Assembly: GCA_030390025.1 (NCBI GenBank)
Contig: CM059452.1
Span: 8,680,001-8,744,000, forward strand
Source of the DNA: Squalus acanthias
Lineage: Eukaryota
DNA: 64,000 bases
Direction of reading: 5' to 3'
In this document: positions 24,238 to 36,926 of the stretch, piece by piece
Position numbering within the stretch: position 1 is the stretch's first letter
Layout: every line of letters begins with the position of its first letter
Program-made: the position numbers and the translations under genes
The notes under the pieces: model-generated
What the model was told of the DNA's origin: nothing
What the model saw: the letters and a program-made list of their open reading frames with translations, nothing else
The model's database searches: none

Positions 24238-24830
24238 ATGAAGCTGAGATTCACTTTAGTGATTATCTCCCTGGATTTCTTATTCTCCCCTCCGTGTGAG
24301 TGTCGTCACAATCGCTGTTTATCGGGAATATTTTACATCTTATATACATAATATTTATTTATATATTATTATATTCTGATAGATTAAGTTATGCTATGTT
24401 ATATTGTATTTTATTATATTGTATTATATTCTATTACGTCAGATTATATCATGTTATGCTATATTATACACTATATTATATTGAATTATATTGTATTAAT
24501 TATAATATAATGCACTGTATTAATCATATTATATTAATATCAACATACTCTTCTCAGGTGCCACTGGCAGTGAAGAGGTATCGCAGTCTCCCGAGTCAGT
24601 GGTTGTTACCGAGGGAGACACTGCACCGTTGACATGTTCCACCACAGTCGCAGGACGGATCCTACAATGGTACAGACAATTCCCGAGGCGAACCGTGCAG
24701 CACCTGGCGACCGGTAACAGCGATCAGAGCAGGATCACGGCTCGCTTCAGTTCAGTCGAGAAGCGCAGTGCTCTGAATGTTAGCGACGCTCGAGTGACAG
24801 ACACCGCCACCTATTTCTGTGCGGTGGAGA
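24238..24830 (+). CDS. TCR V segment, intact, short CDR2 region
   Basis: Leader 24238-24295 (MKLRFTLVIISLDFLFSPP), AT-rich intron, V exon 24558-24830 (..LTC..QWYRQ..DTATYFCAVE). RSS CACAATG(24831-24837)-23-ACAAAAACT(24861-24869). Confidence 0.9.
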
Positions 24831-25048
24831 CACAATGCAGCAAAGATCAGCAGAGACCGTACAAAAACTGTAGGCTGTGCCATTATCAGAGCGCTGGGTG
24901 TTTTATAACACTGTCCCTGGGAACCGCCCCCAGTCTCCCAATAAGTGAAGTCTGCTCCTGATCTCAGTTTGCACTTTAATATCAGACGAGAACGGTCAAC
25001 ATATTATAAAAATCTTGCTATTTTCTGTCGAACTCCAAACCAGGCATC

Positions 25049-25460
25049 ATGTGCTCCCCAAGTTCCTTACTGATAATAATGGTCGTGCTGCCCGGTGAGT
25101 CTATGTTTAAATGGTCAGTGCGTGTTTCATGGGTTATATTTACTGCCAGACTTTTCACACAGTCTGTGTTTTGTTATAGGAACGAGTGGCGCAGACTCAG
25201 TGTCCCAGGATCCGTCTGAATTAACGGTTGTGGAAGAACAGACCCTAATACTGAGCTGTAGTTTCACCACATACGATAGGTTTCCCCACCTCTACTGGTA
25301 CATCTAGTATCCCTGGTAAGCTCCGAGATATTTATTGAGGAGATATTGCTCAGGACAGGGAGACAATTCTCCAGATTTCCCAGATCGGTTCTCCGCTGAT
25401 TTGGACAAAGACAAAGACAAGAATATCCTCTTTGATATAGAAACCTGAGAGTCTTTGGTC
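25049..25460 (+). pseudogene. Family E V pseudogene
   Basis: Leader 25049-25094, exon from 25180, TAG at 25305-25307, truncated in FR3, no RSS. Paralog of 40508-40945. Confidence 0.85.
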
Positions 25461-25536
25461 TCTGTGGGCTTGGGATCAAAGTAACCCACAGATAAAAACA
25501 CAAAGAACACTTAATGAAGCTGTTAATACTCGCTGA

Positions 25537-26065
25537 GGTTTGTGTACGGGGCCTTTGCTTTTATCTGACGCCTCACTGCACAGTAATAGACCGCCCCGCC
25601 CTCCACACTCAGGCCGCTTATATTGAGTAACCGTACTTTCTAGATGTGTTAGCAGCCGCCGGATATTCTCCTCAGACTTCTTCACCTACTAGTTTGCTAA
25701 TTATCCAGCTTGGAGGCTGTGCCGGTTTCTGTCGGTACCTTTGCATGTGGACAATATCCGCGGTTGTATATTCACAATCTAATTGCACCGAACTCTCTTC
25801 TGAAACGGCTATTGTCACCAGAGACTGTCTTGCTGGATCTGCACATAGTCCTCCTGTAAAGATAGGGAACAAAAGAGCAGACGGTTAAACAGGATCGATC
25901 TAAACTTGTGTCTCTAACCTCCCATCTACCCATCATTTGGATACTTCTAACGAGTAATTGCATTAAATCCTTCCACAAGATCTTTGCATCCATCGGTTAA
26001 CGTGTGTTATTTGATATAATCCAGCACTTACTGTGCAACACAGCCGCCAGTATTATTAGCAACAT
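25537..26065 (-). pseudogene. V pseudogene with stops, frameshift and missing heptamer
   Basis: Leader 26065-26032 (MLLIILAAVLH), exon from 25853, premature stop, ..AVYYCAVR in another frame. Nonamer ACACAAACC at 25545-25537. Confidence 0.85.
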
Positions 26066-26791
26066 GAGTGACTCGATCCCTCGCAGTAACTTGGAATGGA
26101 ATGAGGCAGAGATTGAGAAGGAGAGAGGAAACCCCGGCTGTTCAGCTCATTATTCCGCCCACACACTGCAGGGGGCTGACTTCGATATGACGTCACTCAG
26201 ATACCGATTGGCTTTGGTGTTTGCATCACGTGACTTTCTAAGCCCCCTGCTTGAGTTTGGTGCCCTCTGCTGGCGGATTCGGATACATCGCTTTAGCATG
26301 AGGTAATTGAGGGGATTTAGGGTTTGTTAATCATATATAAAAACACTTGTGTCAGATATTGTGTCTCAAAAATCTATATTATAGCTGAATAAACACGGTC
26401 ATTATTTCTTATGCTTCCTTCATTTCCCTCTCACTCTGTTTGGTCCCAGTCACATTCAGTGAGCAATAGCAGTTTTACCACAGGCTTCTCGAGACCCAAT
26501 CATCGCTCTTTCCGTTCCATTTGCTCCGAGTGTAGCTGAGCGGCGCCGCGAACTTTCTGCGGTTACACAAAGCCCTGAACACGCTCAATATTTAGTCTGA
26601 GGCAGCCCCACCCACAGCTTCCGTGTGCTGCTCCCGCTCTGACCCGCCTTGCCTGCCCTGTGTTATTGGCGAGGTTGCTGCCTCTGTTCCATGTTTGGCA
26701 TTGGTTGGATCAGCAGTGCAGTTGGCGGGGTCTTTATTTCTGCTCCGACAAAGGATTTCCCGGACTGCAGAGTTACAGACTCAGGGAAATC

Positions 26792-27275
26792 ATGCAGAAC
26801 CGTATCTCACCGCTCCTCATCATTATATCACTTCTCAGTAAGTATTTCCTTCCCAGTAAAAGTTCATTCTCCCCTGACTGCTGTAACCCCGATGCTATTA
26901 TTGGTGAAATGACGATGATTATGTTGATTGAGGTGATGATGATGATGACTATTACTATTATTTTATGTTAGAATGGAGTCACCAAGCCACAGTGGAACAG
27001 CCGGTCCCTGAAATGACGGTTGAAGAGGAAAGTAATGTCACACTAACCTGCACCTTGAAATCAAGCGGCAGTAGAACTTATGTGTTCTGGTACAGTCAGC
27101 ACCCCGGGCAGACCCCACAGTACGTGGTTCGTATTATCGGCGAGAATGTAAAAAGGAACCCAGACATCACTGATCGATTCTCTTCTACATTTAATACCAT
27201 TACCAAGATTACTGAGCTAACAGTCGGCAATGCCCTGATCTCCGACACCGCCGTGTATTTCTGTGCCATGGACCC
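26792..27275 (+). CDS. TCR V segment, family A, intact
   Basis: Leader 26792-26837, V exon 26972-27275. RSS CACACTG(27276-27282)-24-ACAAAAACC(27307-27315). CTCF-like motif 27340-27354. Confidence 0.9.
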
Positions 27276-28919
27276 CACACTGCTGCAGAGATATAGCGGA
27301 TCCCGTACAAAAACCCACACTGAGAGTTCCAATTAGTGCTCACCAGAGGGCGCTCTCACACCGATAAACAGCAGCGATAATTCAGCCTCCACAGTGAGAG
27401 TCACAGGAACCTTCTTAAAAGGGCAAGAAGCACAACACGCAGGTAAACTCCACTTGCTGAATTGTATTAGTTGGTGATTTCAACTCGCATTGATAATTAA
27501 AAAAAAATTCACAAATCCATCTGTGGTGCATGAACTCCCCTTTTATCTTCGATGTCCTTTCCGTGCCTACTTGTCCCTTCTCATCCCTTGTCTCCACTCT
27601 TTACCCAAAATCATATATATTTTCTTCTTCCAGTCTTGAGTTTAACGATGTAAAACGTTTGCTGCTGTTCGACGTATTAATTCGGAACCGCTCCATCGCA
27701 GTTAAGCATAAAGAGGAACTGGAGACAGCTCATTGACTAAACACAGAATATCCGCCAGAGGGCGCCGTGTTCACGTGTTTCTCTCTGCTCAATTGTGCAA
27801 AACCATCAACATTTGAAACCTGTTTATGTCTGTGTTTGTGTTCGTGGGGTTCAGTAAAGTTTCCCCTCACTGTTGTTTTTACAGCTATTCATCGTCACAA
27901 TCTCTCCCCATCACACTTATGAATTATTTTCTTATCCTGCAAATCTTAAAGCAACTGCGAGTGAAGTTTTTGGTAGGTTTGTAAAGCTATCGTTTGAAAA
28001 ATACCTGGAATGTAGGACATACCCATGGAGACAGGACTGTAACCAGGTGAGGAGTTTCTCCCGTGTCAGGAACCACCGTTTCCCTCCCCATTATATCAAT
28101 TTCAGCACAGTGTTAGTTTCAGGCAGACATTAATCTAACGGGTTCAGTGATATTCGGGGAAGGGGCGCATACTCCTCTCCGAGAAATTGCCATCACAATC
28201 TGATGATGACAGTAAGATGTTGTCTCAATGTGGCAAAGATAGGATTTGAAAGTAGATGACAATGTTCACTTAATTTCACTCACTGTCGCTAATCAGACTG
28301 AGGTGGTTGACGGGGTTCGGGTTTGATTAACCTTCAGCTGGGGACACAAGGGGATGATTTCCTTTGGTCTTTCAGTTTTAGTGACATCGCAAATAGAGTG
28401 GCAAATCTTTGGTCGCTGTTTTAGAATATTTCGTGCTGCTCCTGTGGGACTCCCAATCGAAAGTGCTTTCTTTTAGAAAGCGATCAATATTTAATTAGAA
28501 ACAGAGACCAGATGAAATCTACCCCACAGAGCGGGTACCTCGGTGTAAACACGAATGTTACAGGCGATGCTCTTGATGAGCCTGCTTACATCGGCAGAAA
28601 ATAAACCAGCACTCAGCAAACTGACTGATTTGCGCTCATTAAATAAATCCCCAAAACTCAGCAAAGCTGAAGCTTTACTCACACCGAAGACTGCGCGGAG
28701 TGACGGACTCCACCCTCAGGTATGTTAAGCTGTGGATCAAAGGGCTTCAACTGACACATGACTCTCATTCGAATCCTATTTCAATATATGGCGGGATTGG
28801 ATATTACATCATTAGAGGGGAACAATGAGACCAGGAAGTGACCTTGAACCAATAGGAGCCGCTGACGAGGTCTATTTTGGTCCTGGATTGGGCTTTTAAC
28901 GGGACCGACAGTTTCGGAC

Positions 28920-29042
28920 TCGGCAGCGGCTATTGAGCGCCTGGGTTGTGTTTGGGGTGTTTATTGTCGGTAAGGATGAGTCCAATCATGTAGTGTTCAA
29001 ACTAAAGTGATACTATTATTTCACTGACACTTTTTAATACTC
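28920..29042 (+). pseudogene. Orphan leader exon and intron start (46229 type); no ATG, no V exon
   Basis: Matches 46220-46340, then switches abruptly to the inverted 3' flank of the 29359 V. Confidence 0.7.
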
Positions 29043-29358
29043 AATCCATAACTTTACGGGAAAACAGCTAATCAGAGGCAGAAAGGACAGTTTAACCGGT
29101 CGGTTCATTCTGTGATCGATCTTTTGGGCCGATTGGATTCTGCAGTTTGTTTCTCGGCCGCTCCTGGAAATAGTTGGGTAACAGTTTGATCCGAGGTTAA
29201 TTTGGTTTCCTCTCGGTGTGTGTTTGAGCGCCTGACAGCGCGCTGCACATTGTGGCTGCATCTGCCCGCGATTCCACAAAACCTCAACAGACAGGAGCTC
29301 CGCCCTACAGTCCAATAGCAGTTTTTGTACAGGGCTGAGACTGCTTTCCATCACTGTG

Positions 29359-29822
29359 AGTCTCAGGGCGCAGTAATACACGGCAGCGTCAGTCAGCTGC
29401 AGCCCGGAGATGGTTAAACTGATGAATTTAGTCGAGGTCTGGAGATCAGCAGAGAAACGGGTTTTAGCAAAATCTGCTTTATGTTCAGAACCGCCCGAAA
29501 GTTTTCTCAGTATAAACTCGGGCTGTGTGTCTGGGTGTTGCCGGTACCAGTACAAATCATAGCCGCTCTGTGTAGTATCATAGGTACAGCTTAAAGTCAC
29601 CGCTTCTCCTTCTGTCTTAACGCCTGGGGACAGCGGCTGAGTGACAGAATCTGCAAGACTCAGATCTGAAAAACATGTTTAAACAGGAAAAGATCAGACC
29701 GGCGGGTGTTTCAAATTCAGATTCAAACCATGTTAGAAATGAGAGAAAAGATGAAATGTGGTTGGTCCACAATTACCTGTCAGAAATGCCCCCCACACAG
29801 CCCAGATGCTGAGTAGCCGCAT
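29359..29822 (-). CDS. TCR alpha/delta-type V segment, family D, intact
   Basis: Leader 29822-29777 (MRLLSIWAVWGAFLT), V exon 29665-29359 (..LSCTY..LYWYRQ..DAAVYYCALR). RSS CACAGTG(29358-29352)-23-ACAAAAACT(29328-29320). Confidence 0.92.
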
Positions 29823-31098
29823 TGTCGCTGTCCGCTCTGTAAAAGGGATTTGGATATTTGAAGACTCCCGTTCTACTCCCCGCCCTCAATAATCTGCTGT
29901 CGTGTCTCAGGATGCTCTCCCCTCACTTCCTTGTATCCCCAGTGGTGCTGTGAGACGGGTAGGTGGTGAGCTGGCTGCCAGTGAATGGAAACACCCCGAG
30001 CTGGGCTACAGTCAGTGCCCTTATAGGGGAATGGTTCCGCTTTTAGAGATCGGGGTGGGAATGAAACCCTTGCCTGTTCATTCTGAACGGAAATCACATG
30101 ATTGCTAATGGGTTTGTTTTATTCCAGGGGCAATTCATTCTCCAGAACGACGTTAGTTTTACCGACTCCAATGAGCTTTCCCTCACGGGTCAGTGAACTA
30201 ATGAACAAACAATGATCCCGTCTGTTCTCGGAGTGATTTATAGAGCCGCGACATTAGAACGATGACGTCTGCTGTTACTGAACAAACAATTGAACAGACT
30301 TAATGAATTAACTCTCCCTGTAATTTAAACAGCATTTCGAACAACCACCCCTTCTGTGGCTTGCATTTAAAATGCTGTTTAATGTCTATCTGATGATTTC
30401 TTTGCACCTGTAATGATTTATTTACTGATCCATTATCTTCAGATTTTGGATTTGCAATGAGAGAATGGAGGGGCGGCGCATTGACGTTTTTATGCAATTT
30501 ACCGCTCATCTGCTTAAAGTGCCCGGTACCCGAGGAGGGGTTGGGGCAGAGGGTTGAGAGCCTCCAGGGTGAGGTTTCGGGCGGGTTCTAGTTAACAAGA
30601 GCTCAACACCAGCAGGACATGAGAAACTGTCCTCACAACTTTCACTCGTATTAGAAATGGATGTGGCGCAGAAAAAGAAACACAATACAGGCGGTTTCGG
30701 TTTGTCTTTCGCCCCTTTAACATCGATCTCCACCATCGGTACAGTTAATGGGTTCAGTAATCAGATCTCAGGGTGTGTCCTTCACTCACATTTTAATATT
30801 CCTTTCCCCATCTTCCACACCCTTCCACTTGTCCTGCCCACTGGTTAGTATCAGAGGTCAATCCTTTGATATGCAGAATGTCTTTTTATGATGATTACAG
30901 CCAGTTGTACCGTCCCAGCGCATTGTGGATTTCAAATATTAATCTTCAATTCATTCCAAAATTGACACAACTGTTGGAAAAACGTCATGAACTCACTGCC
31001 CGGGGTCGCAGCCAGAAAAGGAATATTGTGACCTGACGCCCTCTGGTGGATATTATGAGAACTATTCAGATGTCAGTGCAGAGGGTGAGAAATTGTAT

Positions 31099-33458
31099 AA
31101 AAACAGAAAATGCTGGAAAAACTCAGCAGGTCAGGCCGCATCTGTGGAGAGAGAAACAGCGTTAACATTTCAGGTCGATGACCCTTCGTCAGAACTGGCA
31201 AAAGTTAGTGATCTAACAGGCTGGGGCGGGAAAGGGGGAAGCAAAGAACAAAAGGGAAGGTCTATGATAGGATGGAAGGCAGGAGAGATTAAAAGACAAA
31301 CGGGATGATGTGAAAGGCAAAAGGAGATGGTAATTGGACAAGTTAAGATGATTCTAGATGAGGTGTAAATGGCAATGGCAGAATCATCAATAGCTGCCAT
31401 GTGAGAGAATTTTTAAAAAAGAAATAGGGACCGAGGCGAAAGGCTGAATTTGTTGAACTCGATGTTGAGTCCAGAGGGCTGCAAAGTGCCTCATCGAAAG
31501 ATGAAGTGCTGTTCCTCGAGCTGACGTTGAGCTTCTTTGGAACAGCGTAAGGCTGAGGACAGAGAGGTCAGAATGGGAGTGGAGCGAAGAAATAAAGTGA
31601 CAGGCGACCGGAAGCTCGGGGTCACTTTTGCGGACTAAATGGAGGTGTTCCGCAAAGCGATCACCCAGTCTGCGTTTGATCTCCCCAATGTAGAGGAGAC
31701 CGCATCGTGAGCAGCGAATACAGTATACTAAATTTCAAGAAGTACAAGTAAATCGCTGTTTCACCTGGAAGGAGTGTTTGGGGCCCTGGACAGTGGGAAG
31801 GGGGGAGGTGAATGGACAGGTGTTGCATCTCCTGCACGTGCACGGGAAGGTGACGTGGGAAGCAGGTTGGGTGTTGGGGTGACAGAAGAGTGGACCACGG
31901 TGTCGCAGAAGGAGCGGTCCCTTCGGAATACTGAAATGGTAGGTGAGGGGAAGATGCGTTTGGTGGTGGGATCACGCTGGAGGTGGCCAAAATGGCGGAG
32001 TGTGGTGGGGTGAAAGGTAAGGACAAGGGAAACTCTATCGTGGTTCTGGGAGGGAGGGGAAAGGGTGAGAGCAGAAGTGCGGGAAATAGAATGGACGCGG
32101 TCAAGGGCCGTGTCAACCACGGTAGAGAGCAATCCTCGGCTGAGGAAAAAGGAAGACATGGATGGAATAGAGTCCTTACAGGAAGCGGGCTGGGAGGAAG
32201 TGTAGTCCATGTAGCTGTGGGAGTCAGTAGGCTTATAGTTAATTGTTCCATTCTCCCAGTTTCTCCATCTCTGCCGCATCTGCTCTGACGATGCCACCTT
32301 CCATACAAATGCGTCCTATAAGTCTTCCTTTTTCCTCAACTGAGGATTCCCATCTACCATGGTTGACACGGACCTACACTGTGTCCGTTCCATTTCCCGT
32401 ACTTCTGCCCTCACCCCTTCCCCATGGTCCCAGAACCACGATAGGGTCCCCCTTGTCCTCACCTTTCACCACACCAGCCTTTATATTCAATGGATCATCC
32501 TCCGCCATTTCCACCACCTCCCGTGTGATCCCACCACCAAACGCATCTTCCCCTCCCCTCCCTTTCAGCATGCCGAAGGGAACGCTCCCTCCGCGATACC
32601 CTGGTCCACTCCTCAATCACCCAAACACCCCTTCCCCTTCCCACGGCACCTTCCCGTGCACGTGAAGGAGATGCAATACCTGCCCTTTTACCTCCTCCCT
32701 TCCCACTGTCCAGGGCCCCAAACACTCCTTCCAGGTGAAACAGCGATTTACTTGTACTTCCTGCAATTTAGTATACTGTATTCGCTGCTCACGATGCGGT
32801 CTCCTCTACAAGGGGGAGACCAAACGGAGATTGGGTGACCGCTTTGTGGAACACCTCCTTTCAGTCCGCAAGCCTGACCCCGACCTTCCAGTCGCCTGTC
32901 ACTTGAATTCTCCGCTTCAATCCCCACACTGATCTCTCCGTCCTCGACCTCTTACACTGTTCCAACGAAGCTCAATGTAAGCTCGAGGAACAGCAACTCA
33001 TCTTTCGATGAGGCACTTTACAGCCCTCTGGACTCAACATCGAGTTCAACAATTTCAGACTATATCCTCAGCCCCTTTTTAAAAAATATTTTCTCTCACA
33101 TTGATCATTCTGCCATTGCCATTTACACCTCATCGAGAGTCATCTTTTGTTTCTTAACTTGTCCCATTACCATCTCCTTTTGCCTTGCACGATCATCCTT
33201 TTGTCTTTTAATCTCTCCTGCCTTCCATCCTATCACAGACCTTCCCTTTTGTTCTTTCCTCCCCTGCTCCCTTTCCCTGCCCCTACACTTGCTTAAAACA
33301 TTGTTACATCTCTAGCTTTTTCCAGTTCTGCCGAAGGGTCATCGACCTGAAACGTTAACTCTGTTTCTCTCTCCAGAGATGCTGCTTGACCTGCTGAGGA
33401 CTTCCAGCATTTTCTGTTTTTATTTCATATTTCCGCAGTATTTTGCTTTTGTTTTTGT
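31099..33458. mobile_element. Penelope-like retroelement: two 5'-truncated arms in inverted orientation
   Basis: GIY-YIG fragment LVYCIRCSRCGLLYKGETKRRLGDRF (32735-32932) and RT-end motif YKPTDSHSY. Arms meet near 32240. TSD GTGAGAAATTGTAT at 31085-31098 and 33459-33472. Confidence 0.88.
31161..31198 (-). ncRNA. Minimal hammerhead-ribozyme-like motif in the Penelope terminus
   Basis: CTGACGA-AGGGTC ATC GACCT-GAAA-TGTTA. Related copies at 33322-33360 (+) and 34878-34916 (-). Confidence 0.55.
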
Positions 33459-33901
33459 GTGAGAAATTGTATGTTTACTCACTAACCTGTCTGCAGTTTC
33501 TGTTTTTGGGAAGCTGGGTTGAAGCGGATATCCCTAAAAGAAACACAGACTTCACATCTGGTGAAACTAAAGACTGGAAAAAGGAAGTTCATATGATTAT
33601 GGGTAAAGCGTGGAGACGGGGGATGAGAAGAGACAGGGAGGCAAGGAAAGGGCATTGGAAGAAAGAAGTTCGTTAAGGCGGCACAGATGTAGTTGCAAAG
33701 TATATTTTTTTATCATAAATGCGTGTTGAAATCACCAACTAATATAATGGCGCCAGTGGACCTCTCCTGTTGTTGCTGAGTGTTGTGTTTTGTCGCTCAT
33801 TTAGAATCTTCCTCTGACTCTCACTGTCGAGGCGGAATTGTCTCCTCTGTTTATCGGGTTGAGAGCGCCCTCTGGTGAAACTAACTGAAACTCACAGTGT
33901 G

Positions 33902-34064
33902 GGTTGTTGTGCGGGCTTATTTCTAACATAAAATAATCGTAATCGTCATCTTCGCAATTTTTCCAATAATAACATCTGGGTTCAAGCAGTCAGTTTTCAT
34001 TGGGAAGGAAATCCTTCTTGAGAAGTGATATAGTGATGAGGAGCGGTGCGAGACGGTTCCACAT
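33902..34064 (-). pseudogene. Family A relic with the whole V exon deleted
   Basis: Leader (ATG 34064, donor mutated) and acceptor (33924-33923) run almost directly into the spacer end and nonamer ACAACAACC (33910-33902). CTCF-like motif 33864-33878. Confidence 0.8.
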
Positions 34065-34384
34065 GATGTTCCCTGAGTCTGTAACTCTGCAGTCCGGGAA
34101 ATCCTCTGTCGGAGCAGAAATACAGATCCCCGTCCCACTGCACTGCTGATCCAACCAATGTCAAACAGGGAACACCGGAAGCAATCTTTCCAATAACACA
34201 GGGCAGACAAGGCGGGTCAGAGCGAGAGCAGCAAACGGCAGCTGTGGGCGGAGCTGCCGCGAGCAGTTTTGTCACAGGTAGGATTCTCCTGTTAGGAAAT
34301 GAATTCAATAATAATGTCGCCTTGTGAATTGTTTTGCTCTTTTAAGAATCTCCCTGTGACACTCACTGTGGAGGCTGATATATT

Positions 34385-35606
34385 GGCCCGTAATTTCGAT
34401 AGGAGGCTTCCTGCGTGCGGATGCCTCCTATCGGAAAGAAATCTACGCGCTTACCTGAGGGCTCCCGAGGTGCGTACACTTCCGATACTGGGCCTCTGCA
34501 CAGTTGAAATGCGCAGGTCCCACGTATCCCAGGGGCGCATGTAGTTCGCAAGCGTCCCTGGGATCACGTGGGCCAGGTGAGCCAATGAAAGAAGGGATTC
34601 CCTCTTCATACTGTTGACAGATAGACCCGTCAAAAGTATGAATGGGATCAATGAAAAAACACGCTAAAATATTAAATAAATTAATAAAAACCATCACGTT
34701 TTTAAAATCATTTAAAATTACATTAAATTAAATATTTTAAACAAAAATATAATTTTTTGACAAAAATAATTAAAGTTTTTTACGGGGCTAAAAATAAAAC
34801 TTACCTTTTATAAAATAAAAATAGAAAATGCTGGAGACACTCAGCAGGTCAGGCAGCATCTGTGAAGAGAGAAACAGAGTTACCGTTTCAGGTCGATGAC
34901 CTTTCGTCAGAACTGGAAAAAAGCTGGAAATGGAACAGATTTTTATGCAATTGTAGTGGCTGGGAAATGGGGGAGGGGATGAAAGAACAAAAGGGAAGGT
35001 CTGTGATAGGATAGAAAGCAGGAGAGATTAAGAGACATTGAGAGACATTAAGAGATATTCAAGGCATAAGGGGATGGTAATGGGACAGGTTGAGGAACAA
35101 AGGATGGCTCTAGATGAAGTGTAAATTGCGCTCGCAGAATGAAAGACAGCTGCCATGTGGGAGAGAAGAACAGAAGGCCAAAAAAATTGTGGAAAAAAAA
35201 TATATATGTTAGGGTTATGATCTGAAATTGTTGAACTCTATGTTGAGTCCGGAAGGCAGTAAAGTGTCGAATCGAAAGATGAAGTGCTTTTAAAATTATA
35301 AATGAGTGAAATTTTTTTTTACTTTTTCAACTCTTATGCTGGTAAAAGCAGGCCTTACACCTGCTTTTACCAGGCGTAAGATTTCTAACGGTTTTCAGCG
35401 ATCGGAGGTTCTGCAGAAAGCGGAACTCTCCACCCGCTGAGGCCCTTTTCCAGTGCAAGCATCCGATCTGTCAAAGGCATTCTTGACAGATCGGAAATGC
35501 CGGTCTTAAGCGCATGCGCTTCGCATGCCTGAAACCGGTATTTCCGATGTCCCTACGGGTGTGTACACAGCTCGAACACACCTGTCGGCATCGGAAACTA
35601 CGGGCC
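34385..35606. mobile_element. Non-autonomous DNA transposon, 3-bp TSD (PIF/Harbinger-like), with a nested Penelope fragment at about 34815-35287
   Basis: TIRs GGCCCGTAATTTCGAT / GGCCCGTAGTTTCCGAT; ATT duplicated at 34382-34384 and 35607-35609. Confidence 0.8.
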
Positions 35607-35708
35607 ATTGCTTCTTGTTATCGGGGTGAGAGCGCCCACTGGTGAGCACTAACTGGAACTCTCAGTGTGGGTTTTGTGCGGGAGCCTCTGTATCTCTGCA
35701 GCAGTGTG

Positions 35709-36225
35709 GGGCTCATGGCACAGAAATACACGGCGGTGTCGGAAATCAGGGCGTTGCTGATCGTTAGCTCGGTAATCTTGGTAGTTTTATTAAACGTAGA
35801 AGAGAATTGGTCAGTGAAGTCGGGGTTTCGGTTTACTCTCCCTGCAATAATATAAACCACGTACTGTGGAGGCTGCCCGGGGTGCTGACTGTACCAGAAC
35901 ACATAAGAGTTAGTGTAGCTTGTTTTCAAGGTGCAGGTTAGTGTGACATTACTTTCCTCTTCAACCGTCATTTCAGGGACCGGCTGTTCCACTGTTTCTT
36001 GGTGGCTTCATTCGAACATAAAATCATAGAAATAGTCACCATCACCGTCACCATCATCATCATCATCATCATCTCAATCAACATAATCATCATCATCACC
36101 ATCATCATTTCACCAATAATAACACCTGGGTTACAGCAGTCAGGGGAGAATGGATTTTTACTGGGGAGGAAATACTGACTGAGAAGTGATATAATAATGA
36201 GGAGCGGTGCGAGACGATTCCGCAT
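35709..36225 (-). pseudogene. Family A V, probable pseudogene
   Basis: Acceptor AG changed to CG and TGG changed to TGA (36010-36008); rest of the exon is open. RSS CACACTG(35708-35702)-24-ACAAAACCC(35677-35669). Confidence 0.8.
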
Positions 36226-36926
36226 GACGCTCCCTGAGTCTGTAACACTGCAGACCGGGAAATTCTCTGTGGGAGCAGAAATACAGATCCCCGCCCCACT
36301 GTACTGCTCATCCAACCAATGCCAAACAAGGAACAGCGGCAGCGATCTCTCCAATACAACAGGGCAGGCAAGGCGGGTCAGAGCGAGAGCAGCAAACGGA
36401 AGCTGTGGGCGGGGCTGCCGTGGGCAGCGTTATCATAGCTGGGATCCCCTGTGAGGAACTGAACTCAATAATAATGTCCCCTTCGGAAATTATAGAACTC
36501 TGCCTCTCTATAAGGGCTGAGTTACTTTCACATTCATTACAAATTCGGGCAATCAGGCTCGCGATAGGAATTGCAGAATTATTATATTAATCAATAGTTA
36601 ACAAAATATTCGGCAGCGATGTGGGTTAAAACCAGGGGCTGAAACTAGCGGAGAGAAGTCGAACAAAATGGCAACTGATCCAAATGTTCTGGAGATGCAC
36701 ATCCCGTTTACACTTAACTAACTTCTGAAATTATGAAACTGTAAATGAATGTAAAACATTATGAGCATAAATCTGAGCTCAAAAGCAATTTCACGTTAAT
36801 TTATATTGAGAAATATCAGTCAGTATTGGTTAATGTAAGGTGCGCGGCGGTGGGAATCCGCGCTCTGTCAGCGCCACCTGGTGGCTGAGTTTGAAGTATC
36901 TCCTTTGAGCTGATCTCACAGAAAAC

